The notes beneath the pieces were generated by a model. The model was given only the letters and a program-made list of their open reading frames with translations. It was not told where the DNA came from and made no database searches. From NCBI GenBank assembly GCA_964530075.1, contig CAZGXU010000003.1, positions 680-64,679 of the forward strand: 64,000 nt of DNA, read 5' to 3'. The position numbers and the translations under genes were made by a program. This DNA comes from an uncultured Thermotogae bacterium. Its GTDB lineage: Bacteria > Bipolaricaulota > Bipolaricaulia > UBA7950 > UBA9294. Each line of letters opens with the position of its first letter. Within the stretch, counting starts at the first letter, position 1. Positions 17,349 through 25,476 of the stretch are shown one piece after another.

Positions 17349-19450
17349 CTCCTGCGAACGTCCACGCGCTTGTGTGTGACGGAGACGGCCGCTCGCGTCA
17401 TCCGTCCGTCCCGCTCGATCCCGAGTCGGCGTCCGTCCACGTGGACCTCGATCGGGTCATCGCACACGAACCCGAGGCTCCCTTCCACCCCCTCCAAGGC
17501 GAGCGACAGCCCCGAACCGTTGTTCATCGACACGAATCGCTCCGCCGGGGCGGGGACGAACTTGTCGACCAACCCGAGCGGGACGATCCCGTCAACGATC
17601 GGAGCGAGCACGTAGTAGGCCATCCGTCCGGCGGCGAGATCGCCGGCCATCCGCTCGACGATCGCCCCAGTGATCCCATCGCGGATCGCGTACTCCCCCG
17701 GGACCGGGGCCCCGACATCGAACCTCTGCGTCTCCGAGGACAGGTTTAGTACAATAACGTAGAGCCACGCGTATCCTCCGACTTGGTGCAGCGTCCAGTA
17801 GATCTCGACCGGTTCCCCCAAGGAGGTCGGCTCAGGGAACGGCGGACGATCCGGCTGCAGAAGCCGGCCGTCCGGCAGGATCAATCGGGACAGGATCTCC
17901 GTGTCGATCTGTCCGGGCGCATCCCCGATTCCGACCGGGCCGCAGGAGAGCGCCCGAAGGATCGCGTCCTCCTCCGGATGTGAGCCCCCGATCCCCGGAT
18001 GGAAACGGGTGAGGAAGAGGTCGTGAAACGGGAGGAGTCCCAGTCCGTAAAGGAACATTCCCATCAGCAGGTTCTGTCGGTTCAGCTCGACCGGACTGAG
18101 CGCCTCACGGCGGAATCCTTCTTTCCCGAGATCGGCGAGGGTCTGGATCGCCTCGGGCAGAGCGAAGAGGTAGTCGATGTAGGTCCTGGCGGAGCGGACG
18201 TTCGGTGCCTGCGTCGATGCAAGGGCCATACCCATTGTCTGCATGCATTGCAGGATCTCGAGTCCCCTGTCGGCGAGGGCACCGGTCATCCTCAGATACC
18301 ACGCCTCGGCGGCCTTCGGCGAGTTTCGCAGGCGCGGCGTCAGATGCTGCTGGGTCCGCATCCAGTCGTGCCACACGACGAACCCCTCTTGCCGGCGGAC
18401 CTCATCGCCGATCGCCTCGTAGATCGACCCGTCGCTCCCATCGGAGCCGTACGCGTTCGGCTGAGCGAGCGCCGAGACGTGGAGGACCGTGTGGAGCGAC
18501 GCGGATCTCGCCATGTCGCCGATCTCGTCCGGATACTTCTCCGGATCGGGGGTGAATTCGACCCCTTGGCCGATGCGCCGGTACGGATACCACAGGTCAA
18601 GTCCGAGATAGTGGATCGGCACGTCGCGGTCCTGCGCGCTCGTGATGACCTTCTTCAGTTCGCCCGCGTCGAGCGGGTGAATCGGTTCAGTGTAGTAGCC
18701 CCCGTAGGCGTTCCACCATCCGATCGTCGAGGTCAAAGGGTGGGACGAAGGATTCGGCCGTCGCTTGCCGCTCCGTCGGAGGAGGACGTCGCCGAGGGTC
18801 ATCAGCACGCCGGGAACGTCCTCACCGGGGACGAACAGGGTCTCGATCTGCGTCCCGGCTTCGAACCGATCGATCGAGCCGTGCGTCCCTCGAGCGACGC
18901 CGCCTGGGATCGCGACGAGGTTCCCCGTGAGGAAATGGTTCGAAGGAGCGACGGCGAGTGCCTTCTTCTCGTCGAAGACGACCATCGGAGCGAACGCCTC
19001 AGCGGGCAGTCTGCCGTCGGCGATCCGGACCATCGGCCAGTAGCCGCCGAACGCGTCGTCCGACGATCGGAGGCCGTGCGTCGCCAGACAGACCCGGGGA
19101 CTGTCGGAGAGGACGAACTGCGGCGCGTGCAGCGAGGGTGTCTCGAAGGAATCGCGCCGTCGGGTTCCGTCGACCGTTCGCCGGAACCTCATGGTGAAGA
19201 GGATCAGTGAGCCGTAGTTGCGAACGATCGAATCGGCGACCTCTTCACCGGCCCGAGAAAGGGTGCTCCGCCATCCGGTGAACGAGCCGAGTGCGTCGTT
19301 CCCTGCGATCGGATCCCACGGTGTTGAGACGCACTCGGCGCTGTGGGCTTGCCAGTTCGGAACGGCGGCGCGGATCGCCTCGACGACCGGTCGGCCGTCG
19401 AGGTCGATCCGGAGGAGCCCCTCTTCAGTGGTTGTCAGGTCTGCCCTCAT
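17345..19450 (-). CDS. Uncharacterised 701-aa cytoplasmic protein, possibly a clan GH-D-like (raffinose-synthase/GH36-like) glycoside hydrolase or transferase
   Basis: Intact ORF, translationally coupled at both ends (ATGA with ROK, GTGA with GH57). It has no signal peptide and no motif I can assign with certainty. Segments IGWWNAYGGYY, IHYLGLDLWYPY and VVWHDWM recall barrel-strand motifs of GH36/Sip1-type enzymes. Confidence 0.75.
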   Translation of the reverse strand: MRADLTTTEEGLLRIDLDGRPVVEAIRAAVPNWQAHSAECVSTPWDPIAGNDALGSFTGWRSTLSRAGEEVADSIVRNYGSLILFTMRFRRTVDGTRRRDSFETPSLHAPQFVLSDSPRVCLATHGLRSSDDAFGGYWPMVRIADGRLPAEAFAPMVVFDEKKALAVAPSNHFLTGNLVAIPGGVARGTHGSIDRFEAGTQIETLFVPGEDVPGVLMTLGDVLLRRSGKRRPNPSSHPLTSTIGWWNAYGGYYTEPIHPLDAGELKKVITSAQDRDVPIHYLGLDLWYPYRRIGQGVEFTPDPEKYPDEIGDMARSASLHTVLHVSALAQPNAYGSDGSDGSIYEAIGDEVRRQEGFVVWHDWMRTQQHLTPRLRNSPKAAEAWYLRMTGALADRGLEILQCMQTMGMALASTQAPNVRSARTYIDYLFALPEAIQTLADLGKEGFRREALSPVELNRQNLLMGMFLYGLGLLPFHDLFLTRFHPGIGGSHPEEDAILRALSCGPVGIGDAPGQIDTEILSRLILPDGRLLQPDRPPFPEPTSLGEPVEIYWTLHQVGGYAWLYVIVLNLSSETQRFDVGAPVPGEYAIRDGITGAIVERMAGDLAAGRMAYYVLAPIVDGIVPLGLVDKFVPAPAERFVSMNNGSGLSLALEGVEGSLGFVCDDPIEVHVDGRRLGIERDGRMTRAAVSVTHKRVDVRRR

Positions 19451-20619
19451 GACGTGCTCACCTGCGCCGGAAGGCGGAAGAACTCGACGGCGGCCAACGT
19501 CGCCGCTCCGATCAGAAAGCCATCCCTTCCGAGCTGCGAGGGAACGATCTGCAGTTGCGCGGCCTCCGCGGGGAACGAATGCCGATGGACCTCATCCTGG
19601 AACGCGGCGAAGAACAGGTCCGCCTCGTCCATCCGCTCCCCTCCGAGGATGATCACCTCGGGGTTGAGGAGGTTGACGAGGTTCTTCGCGCCGATGCCCA
19701 AATTGGTCCCCATGCGGACGAAGACGTCCCGCCCCTCCTCCGAGCCGGCGCGTGCAGCGGCGATCATGCTGTCGATTCCCGGGTAGCCGAGGCGCCCGGC
19801 CTCTTCCTCCAAGAAGCGATCCGACGCGTAGACCTCAAGGCAGCCTCGCTCGCGACATCGACAGACCGGGCCGTTCGGATCGATCGTGATGTGGCCGAGT
19901 TCTCCTGCGCCGCCGTATGCGCCCCGGTAGAGTTCGCCCCCGATGACGACCCCGGCGCCGATCCCCTCTCCAACCGTAATGCAGATGAAGTGCTGATAGT
20001 TACGCCCGGCGCCGTACCAACGCTCCGCGAGAGCGAGCGCGTTGACGTCGTTTTCGACTCGGATCGGCACCTCGAAGCGAGGAGAGAGCTCGTCAAGGAT
20101 GTGAACGTTCTCCCATCGTAGGATCGGGGAATAGAGGTTGATCCCCGAGGCGGGATCGACGAAGCCGGAGACGGAGACACCGATACCAAGGATCCTCCCG
20201 TTGAGCAATCGATCGACGAGGTTCGCGATCTTGTCAAGGGTCTCGCTCGGGTCCGGCGGATCTTCAATCGGCGATTCTGCACGGTGTGTAATAACCCCGC
20301 CGAGATCGACGCGCGCCGCGAGGACACGCTTCCTTTCGATCTTGACTCCGATGCTGAACGCGTGCTGGTCATTCAGCCCGACCAACGTCGCCGGCCTCCC
20401 GCCGCTGGAGCTGGATTTGCCGACCTCCTCGACAACGCCCTCTTCGATCAGAATCCGCATCAGACGGGTCAATGCGGAGGGAGCCAGACCGGTCTGTTTT
20501 GCGATGTCAGCGCGGGAGAGCGGGCCGGAGGTCCGGAGGAGATTGATCACGAGCGCGCGATTTTGGGATCGAACGAGCCCCTGGTCACCCTTCTGCAGCT
20601 CCAAGATAACTTCCTTCAC
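19447..20619 (-). CDS. ROK-family transcriptional regulator (N-terminal wHTH plus sugar-kinase-like domain)
   Basis: Start set to GTG 20619. This keeps the HTH (RALVINLLRTSGPLSRADIAKQTGLAPSALTRLMRILIEEG) and lies downstream of the mapped promoter. ROK zinc motif CRCRERGCLE is present. Confidence 0.85.
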   Translation of the reverse strand: MKEVILELQKGDQGLVRSQNRALVINLLRTSGPLSRADIAKQTGLAPSALTRLMRILIEEGVVEEVGKSSSSGGRPATLVGLNDQHAFSIGVKIERKRVLAARVDLGGVITHRAESPIEDPPDPSETLDKIANLVDRLLNGRILGIGVSVSGFVDPASGINLYSPILRWENVHILDELSPRFEVPIRVENDVNALALAERWYGAGRNYQHFICITVGEGIGAGVVIGGELYRGAYGGAGELGHITIDPNGPVCRCRERGCLEVYASDRFLEEEAGRLGYPGIDSMIAAARAGSEEGRDVFVRMGTNLGIGAKNLVNLLNPEVIILGGERMDEADLFFAAFQDEVHRHSFPAEAAQLQIVPSQLGRDGFLIGAATLAAVEFFRLPAQVSTS

Positions 20620-20643
20620 AGAAGTAACTAAACCTACTATAGT
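20615..20643 (+). promoter_or_regulatory. Promoter of the GlgE-like GH13 gene: TTCACA-17-TATAGT
   Basis: Read directly. The -35 overlaps the ROK GTG start codon. The -10 is half of the palindrome ACTATAGT. Confidence 0.5.
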
Positions 20644-20664
20644 GGTCGTGGACCGTGGAGTCAA
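20636..20664 (-). promoter_or_regulatory. Promoter of the ROK operon: TTGACT-17-TATAGT, sharing the palindromic -10 with the opposite promoter
   Basis: The reverse complement reads TTGACT ccacggtccacgaccac TATAGT. The spacer carries three tandem GTGG(T/A)(C/G) repeats and the GGTCgtgGACC inverted repeat. Confidence 0.5.
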
Positions 20665-20698
20665 GCCGCAGACGGACGCGAGGGGAACGGATGGGAGA

Positions 20699-22657
20699 AT
20701 GAGCTTGGCAGAGGTACGGGCGCGGTTGGCGCGCCTGCACGGGATCGGAGGACAGCGCGCGAGGTACTCCGTTCCGGGCCTATGGGTGGACCCGAATGGG
20801 GGGTCGGCAGGGCTCACACCGGTCGAACCGATCGACTGGTGGGCGGACGTCGTCGATCGGATCGAGCCGGCGCGCCAGCGGACACGGCCGGCGGGAGGAA
20901 CTGGATGGACGCGCGATGCCGTCGTCTACAGCATGTTCGTGCGAGCGGCGGCCGCGTTCGACCACGACGGTGATGGGCGGATCGTCCTCGCAAACGGGGA
21001 CGGGTTTCGCGAGACCGGCACGTTCGTCAAGGCGGTTGCGCTCCTGCCCTACATCCGGAACCTCGGTTGCAACACGGTTCACCTCCTCCCGATCACCGCG
21101 ATCGGAAGCGACGGGCGCAAGGGCGTGCTCGGGTCCCCGTATGCCGTTCGCGATCCATTTCGACTGGACGAATCGCTCGCCGAACCGGTTCTGGGGCTCG
21201 GTGCCGAGGCGGAGTTCGCGGCGTTCGTCGAGGCCGCGCATCGGCTCGGGCTTCGTGTGGTCGTCGAGTTCGTTCTCCGGACGGCCGCGAAGGACAGCGA
21301 CTGGGTTCCTGAACACCCGGAATGGTTCTACTGGATCCGCGAGGACGGGCCGTTCGGGCGTCCGACCTTCACCGAGAACGAGCTCCACGACATCAAGGAA
21401 CGGGTCGCTCGGAACGCGCGGTCCGACCTGCCGCCTCCCCCGGATGCGTACCGCTCGCTGTTCGTTCGGCCGGATGCGCTGACCGACGTCGAGTGGGACG
21501 GAGCCCGCTGGGTCGGTCGCGCGCGCGACGGATCGCGTGCCCGAATTCCCGGCGCGTTCTCCGACTGGCCGCCCGACGATGCGCAACCCCCGTGGAGCGA
21601 CATAACGTACTTGCGGATGTACGATCACCCCGACTTCGACTACATGGCGTACAACACACTCCGGATGTACGACGGTCGGCTTGCCCGACCGGAGAACGCG
21701 GTGGAGTCCCTCTGGGAGCGAATCGCTGCGATCATCCCGCACTTCCAGGATCGATTCGGGATCGACGGAGCGCTGATCGACATGGGACACGCCCTGCCTC
21801 GTGCGTTGAAGGCCCGCGTGATCCGAGAAGCCCAATCCCTGGACCCCGATTTCGCATTCTGGGACGAGGACTTCAGCCCGCGAGTCGAAGCGAAGAGCGA
21901 GGGGAACAGCGCCGTGATCGGGAGCTACTGGTGGTCGGTCCATCGACCGGTCCAGCTGAAGGACGGACTGCTCCGCGAACTGAGCGAACGCGGTCTGCCT
22001 CTCCCGTTTCTCGCCGCTCCCGAGACGCACAACACGCCCCGATGCGCGGCACGCCACGGCCATCTCGCCCGGTCGAAGCTCGCTTGGATCTTCGGCTGCT
22101 TCCTCCCGGCGGTGCCGTTCATCCATTCCGGTTTCGAGCTCGGCGAGACCGAGCCCGTCAACACGGGACTCGATTTCTCGGAGGACGAGATCGCGCGGTA
22201 TCCGGCCGAGCGACTGGGCCTGTACAACGCGGTCTCCTTCGAGTGGACGGCGGAGCGTTCGATCGTCGCGACCGTCCGACGGGCCCTCGCCGCCCGGTCC
22301 GAGCACCTCGAACTCGTCACGGACCCCACGCCAGCGAGCCTGTGGCTGCCCGACTGCACGGACGAACGACTCGTCGGCTACGTCAGAGTCGGCGACGAAA
22401 AGGGGATCCTCGTCGTCGGGTTGTTCGGCGACGGGGGAGCCGCGAGCGTCTCGATCGAAGTGCCTCTCGAGGACGGTACCCTCGTCGACCCGATCACCGG
22501 ACGGCGGCACCGCATCTCGGACGGCAGAATCAGGCTGGACCTCAATCCGTGGGAGGGCGTCGTCGCGATCGGACGCCGCGATCTCCACGCGAGTCCTGCA
22601 GAACGAAGATGCCGCGCTGGTGTTCGCCGTCGACGAACACGCCCAGTCCCCACGTGA
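20699..22657 (+). CDS. GH13 alpha-amylase-family protein, GlgE/maltosyltransferase-like
   Basis: ATG 20699 with GGGAGA upstream. A TIM-barrel begins at VHLLPI. DWVPEHPEWFYW is the block I associate with GlgE-type enzymes. Also GIDGALIDMGHALP, FWDEDF and ETHNT. Confidence 0.8.
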   Translation: MSLAEVRARLARLHGIGGQRARYSVPGLWVDPNGGSAGLTPVEPIDWWADVVDRIEPARQRTRPAGGTGWTRDAVVYSMFVRAAAAFDHDGDGRIVLANGDGFRETGTFVKAVALLPYIRNLGCNTVHLLPITAIGSDGRKGVLGSPYAVRDPFRLDESLAEPVLGLGAEAEFAAFVEAAHRLGLRVVVEFVLRTAAKDSDWVPEHPEWFYWIREDGPFGRPTFTENELHDIKERVARNARSDLPPPPDAYRSLFVRPDALTDVEWDGARWVGRARDGSRARIPGAFSDWPPDDAQPPWSDITYLRMYDHPDFDYMAYNTLRMYDGRLARPENAVESLWERIAAIIPHFQDRFGIDGALIDMGHALPRALKARVIREAQSLDPDFAFWDEDFSPRVEAKSEGNSAVIGSYWWSVHRPVQLKDGLLRELSERGLPLPFLAAPETHNTPRCAARHGHLARSKLAWIFGCFLPAVPFIHSGFELGETEPVNTGLDFSEDEIARYPAERLGLYNAVSFEWTAERSIVATVRRALAARSEHLELVTDPTPASLWLPDCTDERLVGYVRVGDEKGILVVGLFGDGGAASVSIEVPLEDGTLVDPITGRRHRISDGRIRLDLNPWEGVVAIGRRDLHASPAERRCRAGVRRRRTRPVPT

Positions 22658-24398
22658 AGGTGTAGTGGGTGACGAATTCGTCCCGGTGTGCCACATCCAA
22701 GCGCGCCAGGAGGTCCCGGTTCAGCCGGTCGCCGGCCTCCTCTCGGAACGGGAGGTACAGGACACCGCTCCCGACCATGTCGGCGTAGAAGTGCGTTCCG
22801 TAGGAGAGCTCCGGAGCGAACGACTCGGTCGACATCTCCACGATCACCGACGCGCCGGAGATTTCGTTGTACTGCGCCGGAACGCCGAGCTGAGGGTTCG
22901 TCGACGCCCAGCGTCCGGGCCCCATCAGGACATAGGGTTCGTTCCGCTCGGAGAGGGCGTGGTTGATCCGGCCGACGGATCGAGCGATCTCGTACCCCCT
23001 GTCCCATCGATACGTGTCCGGCGAGACGACGACGAGATGCCGAATCCCGTCGAGTTTCCCGTTTCCGAGGACCTGATGGCACTCCAGGAGCAGGCGATCC
23101 TCGCGGACTCGCGGGAGATGGATCCGCCGGTGCTCTGGGCGATTCCCGAGCGGGCGGACCTGGAGGATGTAAAGGAGCGGCGACCCCGCCGCCTTCGCCT
23201 CCGGATCGGAGAAGTCGACCGCGAACTCGATGTCGACCGGGAGCTCCAGGAGCCCGACCAACGACCGAAGGAGCTCGCGGATCAGCGGGGTCAGCGGCAT
23301 GATCGTGTCGGTCTCGATCAAGCGCGTGAAGGAAGCGAGGAGTCGCTCGGTCGGGGCGACCGTGGGGACGGCGGTTAGCGGTTCGCGGAGTTCGCCGTTC
23401 GAATCGACGCGGGAGCAGATCGTCGCGAGGAGCGGATTGTCCAGTTCGTTCAGCTTCCGCTGTGCGAGGCGGCCGGCCGCCATGTCGAGCACGTCGACCG
23501 TCTCTTGTGAGTAGCGGATGACCGTGCCGACGTCGAATCCTTCCGGCCGCAGCCCGGGGAGCCGCGGGGAGAAGACGCGGGCGTACTCGCGGCCGACCGC
23601 ACGCGTTCCGGTCCCGACGACGAGACGGGCGACCCCGTCGTCCGGTCGGAGGCGATCCGTCCAGGGGTAGTAGTTGCGGGAGAAGGCGACGCCTCCGACG
23701 AGCGGATAGAACAGGTCGTGGTCGTAGTGGCTCCCGATCATGTTCTGAACGAGGATCGCCATTTGCTCCTTCCTCCAGTCGAGGCCGTGTCGCTTCCGAT
23801 ATGCGCGCGCGTTCGGGGCGAACGTCGACGCGTAGACGCGCTTGATCGCCGCGATCAAGCGCTCGAGGCGGACGTCGAGCGGCCCGCGGTTCGGCAGGAA
23901 CTCCGAGAGGTAGATGCCGGCGAAGGAGTGATCGGGATCGTCCTCCATGATCGACGAGGAGCGGACCACGAGCGGTCGGGTCTCCCGTTCGAGGAGCGGG
24001 ACCATCCGCTCCGCCCACTCGGGCGGGAACGTCGCGGCGACGATCCGCTCCCCGAGCTGATCGAGGGTGATGGCTCCTTCGCATCCGGCCCGCACGGCCC
24101 TCTGGAGATCGTTCCGTTCCATGAACGCGCGGAAGACCTCCGACGTCAGCACCGTGGAGTCCGGGAACCGGAGCAGGTGCTGATACTCCGTCAGCCGTGC
24201 CCCGTTCCGGATCGCCTGCATCGCGAAGAGGAGCCCGCGCGCCTTGCCGCCCAGCTCGCCCGTGCCGATCATCCGCATCTGCAGGGGGAGGGCGGACGGG
24301 TCGAAATGGTACGTCCCGTCCGAGGCCAGCCCGAACCGGAAGAAGCGCGACGACCTGGCGTTTCTCAGTCTCCTCCGGTGGGCGCGTCGGCCGGGCAT
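22542..24398 (-). CDS. PEP/pyruvate-binding (PPDK_N-type ATP-grasp) domain protein lacking a phosphohistidine swivel domain
   Basis: Contains IGTGELGGKARGLLF, LVVRSSSIMEDDPDHSFAGIYLS and MAILVQNMI, as in the nucleotide-binding domain of PEP synthase/PPDK. The C-terminal half has GPGRWASTNPQLGVP...SYGTHFY. The start is uncertain (an internal ATG before MRMIGTG is possible). Confidence 0.8.
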   Translation of the reverse strand: MPGRRAHRRRLRNARSSRFFRFGLASDGTYHFDPSALPLQMRMIGTGELGGKARGLLFAMQAIRNGARLTEYQHLLRFPDSTVLTSEVFRAFMERNDLQRAVRAGCEGAITLDQLGERIVAATFPPEWAERMVPLLERETRPLVVRSSSIMEDDPDHSFAGIYLSEFLPNRGPLDVRLERLIAAIKRVYASTFAPNARAYRKRHGLDWRKEQMAILVQNMIGSHYDHDLFYPLVGGVAFSRNYYPWTDRLRPDDGVARLVVGTGTRAVGREYARVFSPRLPGLRPEGFDVGTVIRYSQETVDVLDMAAGRLAQRKLNELDNPLLATICSRVDSNGELREPLTAVPTVAPTERLLASFTRLIETDTIMPLTPLIRELLRSLVGLLELPVDIEFAVDFSDPEAKAAGSPLLYILQVRPLGNRPEHRRIHLPRVREDRLLLECHQVLGNGKLDGIRHLVVVSPDTYRWDRGYEIARSVGRINHALSERNEPYVLMGPGRWASTNPQLGVPAQYNEISGASVIVEMSTESFAPELSYGTHFYADMVGSGVLYLPFREEAGDRLNRDLLARLDVAHRDEFVTHYTFTWGLGVFVDGEHQRGIFVLQDSRGDRGVRSRRRPPTD

Positions 24399-24406
24399 TC
24401 GGTGGA

Positions 24407-24886
24407 CTATTCCGTCCCGCGGAACCGGTTGAGGAGCCAGGCGATCGCCAGGATCGTCTTGGCGTCGGTGATCTCCGAGGAGAGGATCATCCGCTCGATC
24501 TGATCGATCGGAAGCCCGAGGAGATCGGCGATCTCGTCGGCACTCGACGGTTCGACGCGCCGGAGCCCGGAAGCGCGGAAGAGGGTGATCCGTTCGTTCG
24601 AGAATCCCGGCGAGGTGAAGAAGAAAGGGAGTTCGATCCAGCTCTCCGCGACGTATCCGGTCTCCTCGCGAAGCTCGCGCCGCGCGCAGGCGAGGGCGTC
24701 CTCACCCGGCTCGATCTTCCCGGCCGGGATCTCCCACAGGTCGGATCGGACGGCGTGGCGATACTGGCGAACGAGGAGGACGTCCCCGTTTGACAGGACC
24801 GGAACGATCGCCGTCGCCCCCGGGTGGGCGACCACTTCCCTCGTCCTCCGCGTCCCGTCGGCCGACTCGATCGTGTCGACGTACAC
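24407..24886 (-). CDS. Nudix hydrolase (ADP-ribose pyrophosphatase-like); the true start is probably upstream of the annotated GTG
   Basis: Nudix box GKIEPGEDALACARRELREETGY. Homology-like sequence [18 protein letters not shown] continues in frame upstream of GTG 24886. Confidence 0.85.
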   Translation of the reverse strand: MYVDTIESADGTRRTREVVAHPGATAIVPVLSNGDVLLVRQYRHAVRSDLWEIPAGKIEPGEDALACARRELREETGYVAESWIELPFFFTSPGFSNERITLFRASGLRRVEPSSADEIADLLGLPIDQIERMILSSEITDAKTILAIAWLLNRFRGTE

Positions 24887-24938
24887 GTCGAGGAGCCGAC
24901 CGTGGAAGACGTTCTCGTGCGCGACGATGCGGATCGGT

Positions 24939-25475
24939 TCAGACGGCGTTGTAGCCCTCCTCGAGCGCCCGGTTGTTCGCGTCGATGAACTTCGCCTTTC
25001 CGGTCTCCTCGAGGATCCGAGCCATCGCCGACTTGGCCGCCTCGAGCGGGATCGCGCCGGAGGCCTTCAGATAGGCACCCAGAGCGACCATGTTGATCGT
25101 CCGCGGGTTGCCGATCGACACGGCGAGGTCGTTGAGCGGGAGGTAGCTGACGTTCAGGTCGTCCCGCTCGGCCTTCCGGTCGACGAGGGAGCGATTGACG
25201 ACGACGGCTCCCCCGGATGCGACGATCGGTTCGAACTTGTCGAGCGACGGGCGATTCATCGCGACCAGGGCGGAGGGCTCGTCGACGATCGGCGAGCCGA
25301 CCGGCTCATCGGAGAGGATGACGGTGCAGTTCGCCGTCCCGCCGCGCATCTCGGGTCCGTACGAAGGGAGCCAGGTCACTTCCAGCCCGTGGTCCATCCC
25401 CGCCTGCGCGAGGATCTTCCCGGCGAGGATCACCCCTTGACCGCCGAATCCTGCGATGATCACTGAGCGTTCCAT
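24939..25475 (-). CDS. 2-oxoacid:ferredoxin oxidoreductase, gamma subunit
   Basis: [18 protein letters not shown]...[13 protein letters not shown], typical of the gamma subunit. Confidence 0.9.
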   Translation of the reverse strand: MERSVIIAGFGGQGVILAGKILAQAGMDHGLEVTWLPSYGPEMRGGTANCTVILSDEPVGSPIVDEPSALVAMNRPSLDKFEPIVASGGAVVVNRSLVDRKAERDDLNVSYLPLNDLAVSIGNPRTINMVALGAYLKASGAIPLEAAKSAMARILEETGKAKFIDANNRALEEGYNAV

Positions 25476-25476
25476 C

